Shown: positions 40,786-53,789 of the stretch, in pieces
Position numbering within the stretch: the stretch's first letter is position 1
Layout of the letters: each line of letters opens with the position of its first letter
Assembly (NCBI RefSeq): GCF_009914755.1
Contig: NC_060929.1
Direction: 5' to 3' (one strand)
From: the human T2T-CHM13v2.0 reference genome, Homo sapiens
DNA length: 64,000 nt
Notes under the pieces: generated by a model
Told to the model about the DNA's origin: nothing
Seen by the model: the letters and a program-made list of their open reading frames with translations, nothing else
Databases searched by the model: none
Made by a program: the position numbers and the translations under genes

Positions 40786-42029
40786 GTTTAGGGCTTCAGA
40801 AAGTCTAAAACAGCAACACATTTACCTCTCATTGTTTGCCACTGATTTTATGTGTAAAACATATAAGAATTGTCTTCCATTATATTCGTCAACCTAATTA
40901 TGTCAAAATAGTATAATTCAAGTGCATGCAAGGCACAAGAAAGAACCAGAATACTAGACGAAGCTAGACATTTTCCATTTCTAAACATTTTTTCTACATA
41001 GCTAAAAAGGTGACTCTTAGAACAGTTCATAACTAATGTTGACAAAATGTCTTACTATTCTCTTATTCGTACCTGTAGGATTTTGCTTTGAGATTCAAAA
41101 TCATTTCAAATTTAAGTGGACAGACTGTTAAAACTATTTACTAAATTTGAATTAGACACAGTCACTCACACGCATAAAAAGATAACTCTATGGTTTACAC
41201 AGCAAAGATTAAAAGATAATTTAAACACATCATTCTAAAAGTCAGATCAAATTATTAATTCAAAGACTTCTATCCCCAAAGTTACCTCGAAGAAAGAATA
41301 GAGATAACAAATGTGGATAATCTTGACATTATGTCAGAAGTACTAGGGCTCCAACATCCACCACTAATACCAAAGAAGAAAAATGCCAAACTGAACTCCG
41401 TGCTATGTAAGAAGGAAAGAGGTTAAAAACAAAAACACAACTTCACCTATGGAAAGAAAAGAACAATAAAGAACAGTATTTCTGCATCAGGTAAAAATAT
41501 TCTGAAACAAAAGATCCCAAATCTTGTATCCACAACATCCTGACACTGAGAAACTCTTATTATGGATACCATCTCTTCTCCAAGCAAGACACCCCCAATA
41601 CCTTGCCTGATTTACTACCTAAAACAAGGCTAAGAAGGGACAAATGGCACAGTCTAGATCTCCAAATGTCAGGATGACAAATGTTATTTCTCTATTTCAA
41701 AGGACAAATCATCGATGCAGAGAATAACAAAATTTCAAAAGCACTCTGGCATGGTATCCTGAGAGGAAATTAAAGTAAAACAGTAAATCCTATCTTGAAG
41801 TAAAAGCCTATATCACAGTCCTGACGTGAGATACAAAGCAAAGCCAGTGGGACACTCAAACAGAAAGTGGAGAAAATAACTTTCCTTCATGGCAGCTAAG
41901 TCCTATACATACAGTGCACGAATTCCATGCACTCCACGGGTGAAAGGTAAGTTAAAGAAGTAGCGTTTAAGCCAAGAGGTGGAATTTTTCCAGAATGAGA
42001 TCATTATTTTCCAAATAGAAGATGCTGCC

Positions 42030-42190
42030 TCCTATGTGACATTAACTTTTAGCAAGCTAGTAAACCTTCCTTTGCCTCAGTTTCTTAATCTGCATGTGAG
42101 AAAACAACAGTACTTATTTTATAATAAAGTTGTTATAGGAATTAAATGAATATTTGTAAGGTACTTAGTGTCTGACACATGGAACAACAC
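42030..42190 (+). mobile_element. MIR
   Basis: Core AACCTTCCTTTGCCTCAGTTTCTTAATCTGCA followed by GTTGTTATAGGAATTAAATGA. Confidence 0.75.
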
Positions 42191-42264
42191 ACTAAAAGGA
42201 GTTGGCTATGTCAAGAAATCTTGGACATAAATACCAAGGAGTCCAGAGTCCTGGTTATTAGCAA

Positions 42265-42420
42265 TAAAAATAATTATCACATAAGCTAACTGTGTGGCAT
42301 AGCACTTCATAGAATATTCATATGTATGACCTCATTTGATCCTTTTGACCTCCCTGTGAGAGGTGTAATATTGACCCCATGTTATTAAGAAGTCAAGAGG
42401 TTGTCCCAAGATTGGGTGCC
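42265..42420 (-). mobile_element. MIR
   Basis: CTCATTTGATCCT...CCCTGTGAG.GGT..TATT..CCCCAT.TTA antisense core. Confidence 0.6.
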
Positions 42421-43119
42421 CAATACAGGTAAATAATAGCAACAGCTGAGTTTGTTTTTTTTTTTTTTTTTGGTAGCTTATTAATCTTTGGATTAACTTT
42501 TAATTTGATGGCTTATACAGGTTCCACATTCTTCTTTGACCCACTTTTTTCTCCTCTTTACCCCTCACTAGCACTGCAGGAAACATGCAGGATAAAGAAA
42601 ACAAAAGAAAATGTAAATTTAAACATGCCAAGTTTTTGCATCTGACTGGCAGAGTCATAAGACCATAACCGAACTGTTAGGGCACTTTTCTAAATTAAGC
42701 AACAAAAATAGTTCCGTCTTCCTCTCTGTCAGTAATTTTCCCACCCCAGCATAATTACAATGTTTTCTCCTGTGAATACCAGTTTTTAAAATCATTTATG
42801 TGACTGTGTATAGCTCAGCTATGAGATTTAAATGAAAATTTTGATAAATGCAAGTAATTGGCGTTAATTTGCATATTCCCCAATGATTGCCATTGGTTTA
42901 GGGTAAACAGTCTGAGAATCTTTACTGCATCTCAAATAATCAGAGATGGCAGTGCCTACATGGAACTGGTTAAAAGGTCACTTTAGGACAGAGATAAATA
43001 ATCTAAGGAGAGCCTAAGAAAAGCAGCAGCAAAGGCCCATGCAAACCAAAGGACTCCACTATGATGAGCAAATGAGCAAAACGCTTAGGCTATACATTTT
43101 TAAAAAATTCAGTGAAAAA

Positions 43120-44640
43120 GCTTATTTGTTCATTTAGAAATATTAATTAACCCCTAATATATGCCAGGCATTGCACTGAGTATTATAGATTCTGTGGGGA
43201 GAAAACAAAGACCTGCTCCTGTTCCATGAGTGCGTACATTAGGTGATAAGGTTAGATCTAGTCTGGGAAGGCAAGGAGATTATCTCTGTACAAGTGAAAA
43301 TTGTGCTGAGCTATGAAGTGATATTAACTATGAATAAAATGGGCAGAACAATATTCAAAAAATGTGTGGCAAAAGGGATGCAAAGTAACTGAAGTACAAG
43401 GAGAATGTGGAAGCATAATGATAGATGAGACTGGAGAGATAGCAGGGACAAGAGCTGACATGGTCCATTAAGTGACACTAATGACTGTTTTTCATTCTAA
43501 AAGAACTGGGAGGTTTTAAGCAAGAGCTGGGGAAGGGGTGAGATGAAGTGGCATTTACAGCCTTTGGAAAGTTTTGTTCCAGTAACTATGTGGATAGACT
43601 ATACAGGAGGTTATTGCAGTAGAGAAATGATAATAGCTTTGAGGAGAATGGATGAAATGAAGGGAGTTGGTTATATATAGGATATAAAATTGTCAGGACT
43701 GGGTGATGAATTAGATATTAACTCATTTGATGATGTATGTCCAACACTAAGAACGATGTCTGGTACATAACTGCACCTAATAAATATTTGTGGAATAAAT
43801 GTTAAATGAGTAAATACAAGAATGAGGGAAATGAGGTGTCAAGAATGACTGCTGAGATTCTAGGTAGAATATCTTAGATAAATGATGATTCCACAGCAAA
43901 GATAAAACACTCAAAAAGAAGGCCAGGATTGAGGTAAGGGTTCATTAGTTTATTTTTAATCTGTTGATCTTGAAGTGTCTTTAAGTCATCTAACAGAGCA
44001 GTCAAGAAAGAGAATGCATACCCTGGAGCCAAAAGGAGTGGTTTCAAACAAAAGTATGAATTTGTGAGTCACTTATTTATAAGAAGTGATTAAAACCTTA
44101 GGCATAAATACTATTGCCTAGGGAGAGACTACAGAGTGAGAAGAAGAGCGGATTCTGAAACAAGCTTAGAGAAGCTCTACAATCCAGGAAAAAGGTGATG
44201 AAGAAGGAGCCTGCAAAGGAGAAGCACACACAGAGAAGTTGGGTGCAAATAGGAAAGGTTTATATTGTGAAAAGCAAGCTAAGAGACTGGGTCAAGAAGA
44301 GACAGTGACTAAGTGTTGAATGCAATTCAAAGTCACGTATGAAAGACCAAAAGACATTCTTAGGGTTTAACTATAAAAAACGCATTAATGAGTTTAGAAA
44401 GAACTGTCTACATTCAGTAGAGGAATGGGAGTAGAGGCCAATGACATTAGGTGACTGGATGAGTGTTAAGTGATAAAATTGAGACTTTGTATAAAAGCAA
44501 GTGGAAAAGAAAAATAGTATAGTAGCTAAACAGTAATGAGGGAGGAGGTCAAATAACCAAAACGTAAGTCAAAGAGAAGCATTCTGTTGGCAGGAAGAGG
44601 ATGACTACACATCAGAGAGAAGAGATAATCAAATGTGAAA
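43120..44640 (-). mobile_element. L2 (long decayed antisense copy, with a small sense L2 3' end at about 43720-43810)
   Basis: Begins with an antisense L2 3' end (TTCATTTAGAAATATT..ATATGCCAGGCATTGCACTGAG) followed by purine-rich L2 body. Confidence 0.7.
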
Positions 44641-44930
44641 GTTTTCTGAGAAAGTCAACTACTCTAAGTAATGTTAGTGTTAGAAACGCTCTCAGCAGGA
44701 GTCTAGCAGATTTGAGATGTCAAAATATGGTGATGGACAGAATGACCAAGAAAGAATCTAGAAAATAACCAAAAGGAACCTGTCCTGAAGTAAGTTGCAT
44801 CAGATTAGGTATTTCACAATATTCAAGGAGAAATAGCTTTTGAAATTTGAAAATTTTTCCATTAAGAAAAAACTTTTAAACTTATAGACCATCTCCATAT
44901 ACCTTTCATATGAGTGGAGACTAAGAGTGG

Positions 44931-45329
44931 TATATGAATCAGCTCAGGCTGCCATAGCAGATTAACATAGACTGGATGGCTTAAACAATACAAAATTCAT
45001 TTTTCAAGATTCTGGAGGCTGGAAAGTTCAAGATCAGGGTGCAAGCAAGGTAGGTGTCATTCTGAGACCTCTCTTCTTGGCTTGTAGGTGGCTACCATCT
45101 CACTGTTGTTCACGTGAGTTCATTTTTGCACACACATGGGGAGAGAAAGTTAGCTCTCTGGTGTATCTTCTTATAAGTAACAAATTCTATCAGATCAAGG
45201 CTCTACCCCTCTGACTTCACTTAACCTTAATTACTTCCATAAAAGTGCTATCTCCAAATACCACCACATTGGGGATTAGGACTTCAACATATTAATGCTA
45301 TAGGGGACACAAACATGCAGTCCATTGCA
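44931..45329 (-). mobile_element. MLT1A/MLT1A0 LTR
   Basis: GCTCAGGCTGCCATAGCA..CATAGACTGGATGGCTTAAACAA..TTCTGGAGGCTGGAAAGTTCAAGATCAGGGTG...GGGGACACAAACATGCAGTCCATTGCA. Confidence 0.88.
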
Positions 45330-47799
45330 AGCTGGAATAATTCTTAAAAATTGCATCCATGGATAATATGTCCAGTAGTCCAAATACAGGGTAAAATCAA
45401 CTGATTTGGCATTGAGAAATACAGGGTCTTTAGAAAAATTTGTTCGATATAGGGGTCTTTGCATGACTCCATTCATCCGTTCTCCCATTTAAATATATTT
45501 TTAAAATATATTTGTAATTTCTAAAGCAATTGCTGTATACGTGAATGCTCTTTGTGGGAACAATGGAAAAGGCACAAGAACAGAGATTCTAGCCAGAGAA
45601 GAAAAAACAGAAATGATCACTAATCACCCTTTTTCTCTTGATAGAAGGATGAATGAATAGACTGATCAGTAGAATAACAGATGAATCCGTGGATAGTTTC
45701 TATATTTGCACTAGAACTTGATGTGTCTTTATTTGCAATTTGCAAATGGTAAAAAGAGATCAAAAGATTATGACTGAGGGCCCTGAATTTATAGATGAGC
45801 AGCTGCCAGTATTCCTGGCTTCACCATCCCACAATTCATATTTCACCTGTCTACATCTTTGCTCTTTCTCCCTCAACGACTCCTACCAAATGCTCTCAGC
45901 TCCTACTAAACCTTTAGGGCATACCTACTACTTCAGCATTCACTCTACAGGACACAAGAGACATCCATATAGCATATCCCAGGCCTATCATTACCCCTGG
46001 GTCTGTAACTAGGGTTCAAAATATATTGTCACCTATATTCTCCAGAGCCTTAAACCTCTTCCTCTGCCTCCTTGATTCCTAAACCTTAGAGAACTGTAGG
46101 ATATAAGGCTGCTATTTCCCTATCTTATTTGATCAATAAAGGAGCATTGCCCAAAAAGTCATTCAATCTCCCAAGGTGCCTAAGCTCATGGGAACCACCC
46201 ACTCCCCTCTGCATAGCAAATAAGTGTGCCAGATCCTTTCCCAATGAGTAGTCCTTAACACATCACTGTATGTACTCGCACATCCTGAAATTATCTGATC
46301 TCTTTGGTTGCTCTTTCTATGTCAATCTCTAGATGGTAAAATAAGGATTTAGTCTGGATGGCATAAAAAGAAATATTCTCAAGCCTCCAGCCTGAGCCTC
46401 TTGTTGCAGCTTAGTTTAACAAAGAATCCTGCATTGGGAAATCGAGTATGAGGACTCAAGGGGGATTTGCCTTTGTCATCGCCTGTTGTGCATCTGTCTT
46501 CATCAGAGCCTCCTGAAGAAGAGCAGCTTTCCCTAGGCAGGATTCAGGCATTGCTGATTCCCTGGGGTAATACCAAGAAGTTTCAGTTTATCTCATGAAA
46601 AAATTAGCATTTGCTAAGATTTTAAATTATAGTTTTAAATATTTTAATGATAAAAGGGAAGTGAAATATGCCCAAACCCCAGATATTGAGTGTCAGCATA
46701 ATAAGGAAATGGGCCTAGAATTATTATCTCATTCAATAAATTAGTTCAAAGGAAAGAAGCTGTAAACTGAAAGTTCCTTGATCATGAAAAATGTAACTAC
46801 TGTGTAATATACCACAATACTTACTGCTCTATCTCCTGCCCTTTTAACTAATTGCAAGAAAATCAAGGGCAGCAGTTCTGAGGTTGATTTTGAAATCACT
46901 TTGTGGTAATTTAAAGTAATTGGGATTTTTCATGACAGTTGCTATAAAGAATATATAGCTTTGCTATTTCTTGTGACAGTTCTTTGAATTACACCTGCAG
47001 AAAAAGAAGTATGAGGCATTGTTGTTAATTTATAGCAATACACCAATTCCACCATCACGGGTTAGCATTACAAATGAGCAAAGGAAAAAAACAGCCTCTG
47101 GGTAAAATGAGAACTGCCTGTGAAGGTTCTTACCCAGTCCAGCCTTGTTTCTACCCAAACGCGCATTCATACCAACTCTAATACAGCCCTCTGAAGCCAA
47201 TCTCCAACTTGGAGCCAAATGCCAACTCATTTGGAATCCTAAGTGCTAAGTGAAATGTTTAAAACATGCAAGAATCTTAATTAGTAAAGGATCAGAGGAA
47301 AAAATAAGTGTTCTATTAATAATTAGATAAACTTGAAGCATAATGACAAGTGCTCTGACGCCCTGTCTCTGCAATGCTTGCTGGGGGTAAAGCTTGTCAG
47401 TCGCTGCCTCCTTAGCACAAATTGCGTTTGAACTCAGGAAGGGCTCTTAAGAGCAAAAGAGTATAAAGATGTTTTCAGTATCTCCTCTTCCTTTTAGTGT
47501 CCCTGCTGTGTGAGCCCCACCATAATTAGAAGCTGGATTTAGTGGGATGCTTTAAGTGTTCAATTAGGTTTCTTTTCTTCCTACCAGTCCTGTTTTAATA
47601 TGAATGAACACAAAGCCAATTATCATTCAGAAGCATGCTTTGAGTTGCGCTGACATTCTTCCTACATGTTTGACAATTATCACCCTGAGACATTGTCCTT
47701 AATTCAGATGGGGGTGGGGAGGAAGAATGGCCTAAATTTCTGTTTGAATACAACTAAAATCATGATGCCTTTTGCTCTCAAAATAGAATGATAGACCAG

Positions 47800-47938
47800 A
47801 GGCATGCTATTCAAAGTATGCTCCTCAGGCCTTTAAAAATGCAGAATCTAGTACCCACCTCAGACTGACTGAACCAGAATCTGCATTTTAACAAGGTCCT
47901 GGGTGATTTATATACACATTAAAGCTTGAACACCAATG
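47800..47938. mobile_element. MER5A/MER5A1 (hAT-Charlie)
   Basis: AAAATGCAGAATCT..CCCACCTCAGACT.ACTGAACCAGAATCTGCATTTTAACAAG...GGTGATT.ATATACACATTAAAG.TTGA. Confidence 0.8.
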
Positions 47939-48099
47939 ATATGTAGTTATCAAAATATCTTTAATAATATATAATATCTGGGAGGAAAATATTGTGTCTT
48001 TGATTTGTTTCTTCCCCATAACTTTAGAATAAAGTATAGATTTTCAGCAATACTCAAAGAAATTAATCAGAATAGAACTGTCATGATAGACATCAATAA

Positions 48100-48579
48100 A
48101 CCCACTAAAACTTTCAAGTCTCTCATTTAAGGTATGTAGAAAGATTGCATTTCCTTGCCTCCTTAGCTTGAGTATAGCTGGGAAGCTTGCTTTGGCCAAT
48201 GAAATGAGAATGAAAGGGACATGTGCCCCTTCCATCTGAAAACATTTAGGAACTGGTACACCATTCCCCATGCTCTCGCTTCTACTGCCAAGGTGTTCAT
48301 GGAAGTCTATGTTGACGTGGAAGTACTGTAACATAAAAAAAAAAAAGAAAAAGAAAAAGTAGTGCCATTTTTGGCTCTTTGCCAAAATAGCGAACATAAA
48401 GTGTAGAATTTTAACAATGTTCAAAGAAATAAATTAGAAAGTAACTCTGCCAACAAATGGAGGACAGCTGCCTCAACAGTGATGCCTTGACCCTCAGGGT
48501 GTTTTAAGTGAATGAGACATAAGCCTCTGAAATGTTGTTTTCTTAGTGCAGCATAACCTCACCTCTCCTGACTAACACA
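48100..48579 (+). mobile_element. Old MLT1 LTR (MLT1H/I/J-like), interrupted by an A-rich segment
   Basis: TTGCTTTGGCCAATGAAATGAGAA...; 3' end GCAGCATAACCT..CCTGACTAACACA. Confidence 0.65.
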
Positions 48580-49732
48580 ACTGACAATGTATAAATAAAA
48601 TGAAGTAGAGAAAAGCAACCATTACCCATTGAACAGTAGAGGGCTAAGGAGCTTATTACAGGCATAGTCCAGCATCTGCATAGAAGCATCCATGTAGCCA
48701 TAATATCTAGCATAACTTGAAAATTTCCTATTACCTTCAAATTTGGGATGGCACAGCTCCATAATGCAATATAATATCTTGTTTTAAAGCCTGTTAGAAA
48801 TAGGACAATCATTCTTTCTTGGTTTAGGGAAGAATGAAGAGGCTCTAATGTAATTCAGAACCATCTCTTTTTCTTAAAAATACCCAAATATACTACTTTG
48901 TATTTGTTGTAAGTTTATCCATCTGTTTCTGATGTGCTTAAAAGTTTCCACAGGTTTTCTATAAAGCAAGGATGTCACTGGAGACTATACTTTTCCTATA
49001 GAACATGAATATACCTATTTAGTAAGAGTACAGTTATACATACTAGTTTTTATTGATTACTCATTTACCACCACTCATTGACTTTTACCAGAGGCAGAAG
49101 TGGACCTGAAGCTTACCCTCATTTTTCAAAGCACTAAATAGTACTGTACCATAGTTAATGATACCAACCATGCTTCTGACAGTGTCACTGGAATAGAGCT
49201 GGGCTCAGAAAATCCAATCTAGGCTTTAAGACATTTATTTCAAACACAAGGACACTAGGTACCCTTGTCAGAGGTTTAACTGATATTATGGTGAGAATAA
49301 TTCAAATGCTTAACAAAATGCCGTGTTTGTATTCTTTTTCTAAATACTTGTAGCTAGAGGATGCCATACTCCAATTAAGATGTGTATGTGGTAATAGAAA
49401 AGGATCATTCAGGTATCTGTTCCATGATGCAAAGTCATTTGATGGAGAAATGTTGATGTAAGTAAAAAATATATATATATACTAATATACTAACATAAAG
49501 GAAGTAGTTATTGAACAAAAAATATGTCATGAGCTTAAACAGATTTTAACATGAAATAATTCATGCTCATCTTTGATGAAATATAATGGTATCTTTAAGA
49601 AAAAGGGACATAATTATTTGATTCAAGTCTTGTGTTCAAATTTTCCCTGGTCAATACAACAAAAAAGTATTAAACACAAATCAAGAAAATTTGTTTTAGG
49701 TGCGAAAATGGCATATTTTTAAAAACTTTACT

Positions 49733-49960
49733 TTTTAGCCATATCCTGAAACATTTTAAAATGAAATAATTACGGTGTCTGGGCTTTGCTTCACCATAAT
49801 ATGAGTAGAAGAGGGACGAAGTGAGTGTCTATACAGATAAAATAAGATTCGTCAATCATGATAATTGCTGAGACTGTGTGATGAGTACGTCAGATATGTT
49901 ACAGTATTATCTCTGCCTCTGTAAATGTTTAAAAATTTCCATAATAAATAATTTTTAAGA
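49733..49960 (+). mobile_element. L1MC4-like 3' end
   Basis: GTGTCTGGGCTTTGCTTCA..ATAAT...GATAATTGCTGA...AATTTCCATAATAAA. Confidence 0.75.
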
Positions 49961-50877
49961 GATTAAAAAAAAATAAGGTCTATAAATTAGTAGCTTGCCA
50001 TGCCAAGCCCTGTGACTTACAGATCACAGTATGTCAAGGACAAAATGCTGTATTTGTAGAAGTGTAGAAAAAAGTAAAAGTGCACACAAGCAAACGCAGT
50101 CTCCTTATTACTTTTCCTGCCTACTCTGCACAAGGGGTTGTTACTGATTAAGTCTAATCAAATGCACTAACGGACATTTCAAAGGAACATCCATTTACAG
50201 AGACAAAGGAATAGTTTTTCCTATGAGTATTTCAAGCTTGTTGCTTTGAGTTGTCCTACCCTGTCTGCCCTTCTGGTGTGCCCCAACAGCAAAAATGGCT
50301 CTCAAATTAAGCATGTCTTTTATTTTTTGTTAATTCCAAACGAGTCATCATCTTCTTTAAAATTAATTGTCATGTAGTACAAGTCTAATTTTCTAAACAT
50401 TCTCATACTTATCTAAACTTCCTTGAGCTTCCAAAGTGAATTAGATATACTTCAAATTTTGTCTTAATCATGCTTCTCTTTGAAAAATAAGATGCCATGG
50501 CTCTGTGGAAGTTTCTTTATTCTCTCTCTCATGGGAATTTACAAAAGAGCTAATGTAAGGGGGGTGGAGGGGAAACGTTTAAAACTTTGTAAATCTACAA
50601 TAACCAGAAGATTCCAAAATAGTTTACAGACTAGGATTTTACCAGTTTTGATCACAAAAATCTACAGCAATGAACAGTTGCAAGATTATATTGTACCTTC
50701 TTCTAGTAATTATGTTTTCTAAAATGAATAGAATGGTAAAAGAATTTGGACACATAAATCATTAATAAGATTCAGTTAAGAAAAGTAAATGAGTCACAGA
50801 AATCATTTAAATAAGCTAGTGTCTTCCATCAGGTAAAACCTATAGTTAAGTACTACTTAAAATAATTAGTTAATTTA

Positions 50878-52335
50878 AGAAATGTCTGTTAATGTCTTTT
50901 GTCCACTTTTTAATAAGGTTATTTGCCTTTTAGTTTTTGAGTTGAGTTCCTTGTAGATTCTGGATCTTAGTCCTTTGTTGGAGATAGTAGTTTGCAAATA
51001 TTTTTTCTCGTTCTGTAGGTTGTCTGTTTAAACTGTTATTTCTTTTGCTGTGGAGAAGCTTTTCAGTTTCAGTATTATTTGTCTATCTTTGCTGTTGTTG
51101 CATTTGCTTTTGAGTCTTAGTCAAAATTTGCCTAGGCCAATGTCCAGAAAAGCTTTATCTAGGTTTTCTTCTAGGATGTTTATTGCTTTAGGTTTTACAT
51201 TTAAGTCTTTAATCCATCTTGAGTTAATTGTTCTATATGGTGAGAGATAGGGGTTCAGCTTCATTCTTCTGTATATGGCTATCCATTTTTCCCAGCACCA
51301 TTTATTGAATAGGGAGTCCTTTCCCCACTGTATATTTTTGTTGACTTTGTTGAAGATTCAGTTGGCTATAGGTATGTGGCTTTATTTGAATTCTCTGCCC
51401 TGTTCCATGAATCTATGTGCCTATTTTTATACCAGTACCATGCTACTTTGGTTACTATAGCTTTTTAGCATAAGTTGAAGTCAGTAATATGATTCCTTCA
51501 TCTTTGTTATTTCTGCTTAGGATTGCTTTGGCTATTTGGGCTCAAAAGACAACACACAAGCAGCCAACAAATATATGAAAAAATGATGAACATCACTAAT
51601 CAGAGAAATGCAAATTAAAACCAAAATGAGATACCATCTCACACCAGTCAGAACAGCTATAATTGAGACATCAAAAAACCATAGATGTTGATGAGAATGC
51701 ACAGAAAAGGGAACACTTATACACTGTTTTGGGGAATGTAAATTTATACAACGTCTATGGAAAACAATACGGAGATTTCTCAAAGAACTAAAAATGTAAC
51801 TATTAGGCCCAGCAAACCCCCTACTAAGTATCTCCTCAAAGGAAAAGAAATCATTATAACAAAAAGACATCAACACTCATGTGTTTGTTGAAGCACTACT
51901 CACAATAGCAAAGCCATGGAATCAGCCTAAGACTCCCTCAGTGGATGACTGGATAAAGAATATGTGATATAGATACACCATGGAATACAATGCAGCAAGA
52001 AAACAGAATAAAATCATGCCTTTTGCAGAAACATGGATGAGGCTAGAGGCCATCATCCTAAGTGAAATAACTCAGAAACAGAATATTATATACTACATGT
52101 TCTCGCTTATAAGAGGGAGCTAAATAATGGTTACACATGGACATACAGAAGGCAATAATACACAATGGCGACTTCACAAGGGAGGAGGTAGGATTGGGAG
52201 GGTGAGTGCTGAAACATTACCTACTGGGTATAATGTTCACTATTCAAGTGATAGGCACACTAGAAGCCAATGCTCACCATTATTCAACATATCTATATAA
52301 CAAATGTGCACGTGAACCTATAAAAATTAAAAAAA
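50878..52335 (+). mobile_element. L1PB-type element with a 5' inversion (50878-51542 antisense, 51541-52335 sense)
   Basis: The two segments are contiguous in the L1 consensus at AGACATTTC|TCAAAAG; L1PB-type 3'UTR; TSD AAAATA(A/T)TTAGTT at 50859-50871 and 52332-52344. Confidence 0.9.
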
Positions 52336-52429
52336 TATTTAGTTTATATATAGAAAGAGTCATCAAGAAAGGAGTTTTCTCATTTGCCAAAGAAGTCTGC
52401 AATATTTTCTAACCATCTAAAGATCATCT

Positions 52430-52680
52430 GCATGGAAGTGTAAATTGGTACAACCACCTCAGAAAACTCTTTGGCAACATCTATTAATGCTGAAAACATG
52501 CCCATCTTATTACCAAACACTTCTCCTTCTAAGTATATATCCAACAAAAATAAACACGTTTATTCACCAAAATACAGGTACTAGAATGTTCAGAGTAGTA
52601 CTTTCATAATAGCTCCAAGCTGGAAACTCTCCAAACAGTTATAATCAGTACAATACATAAATTGTGGAATATGCAGACTC
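52430..52680 (+). mobile_element. L1ME-type ORF2-end / 3'UTR fragment
   Basis: GGAAGTGTAAATTGGTACAACCAC..GAAAAC..TTTGGCA.CATCTA.TAA.GCTGAA. Confidence 0.7.
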
Positions 52681-53422
52681 AAGGGCAGAATCCCCTGGGA
52701 AGAAATCATGAATCTCACTGTTATCGACAAAAGATGCTGACAAGCTGGTATAAACCTCCCTGAATAATGTCCCTTAATTACAAAACAATACTGTGAGTCA
52801 ATGTTTTATGCCTTACTAGGGGTCAGTGCTATTGAGGTACAAATTTTAATCCATTCAGACAGAAGTCTAATTCTAGACCTGTTGGAATTAGTCCTCACAA
52901 CACAGGTTAGCCCATTTTAAGCCCCTCCCATATTGCCCCCTGACATGAGTATTACTGGAGATAATATTAAAGTGTCATTTCCAGGAAATCCCTGGAAATT
53001 TCCAAATCTGTAAGCCACAATAGTAATACATTAAATCACTGACAACTCTACAGATCTTAGCAACATTGATTTCCAAAAGGTCAGGCAGAAAAGATCTGAA
53101 GCAATGGGATATGGGATTATATGAGGAAGTAGAGTGTGTGCTGGAAGGAATAACCCTAATCCACAGACAGAAAGTGTATACTTTGCAGGCCAGCAAGATC
53201 AAGAGCTGCACATCGAGTCTCTAAGTCTCTCCTCCTGGATTTGGTTTAGCTTCCTATAAGCTTATTCTACAAGTCCATTCTTTACTTTCATGATACTACC
53301 TGTTCTCGGAAATATATGTGTATATCATACATCTATACATTTATTTAACTATTATAAGCACACATGTCTTATGTCAGTTGGTATATTTACTGTACAGGTC
53401 ACCCACAACTATACCGGTCTCC

Positions 53423-53547
53423 TTCTTTCTTTTTTGAGACAGTCTTGCTCTGTCTTTCAGGCTGGAGTAGTGCAGTGGCGTGATCTCAGCTCACTGCAGT
53501 CTTCAACTCCCAGGTTCGTGTGATTCTTCTGCCTTCGCCACCCGTAG
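53423..53547 (-). mobile_element. Alu right-arm fragment
   Basis: TTTTTTGAGACAGTCTTGCTCTGTC..CAGGCTGGAGT..TGCAGTGGCGTGATCTCAGCTCACTGCA. Confidence 0.85.
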
Positions 53548-53789
53548 ATCTGTCAGATGGACAGATTTAACTAGTCCATCAGGAATTTGGAAAATTTCTA
53601 CTTTTCTCAATTTTTTTGTGTGATATTAGAAGGACACAAAAATGTCTGGTTCCTTTTTTCTTATTATCATAACATTTATTTTGACATTTTTGTCAAAATA
53701 AACATGGCTTTAGTAGCATTAGATATATTAATTTTTAAACATATACATAAGTACAGAAAACTTTTAGAAGTTATTCTGGTTTACAAGGG

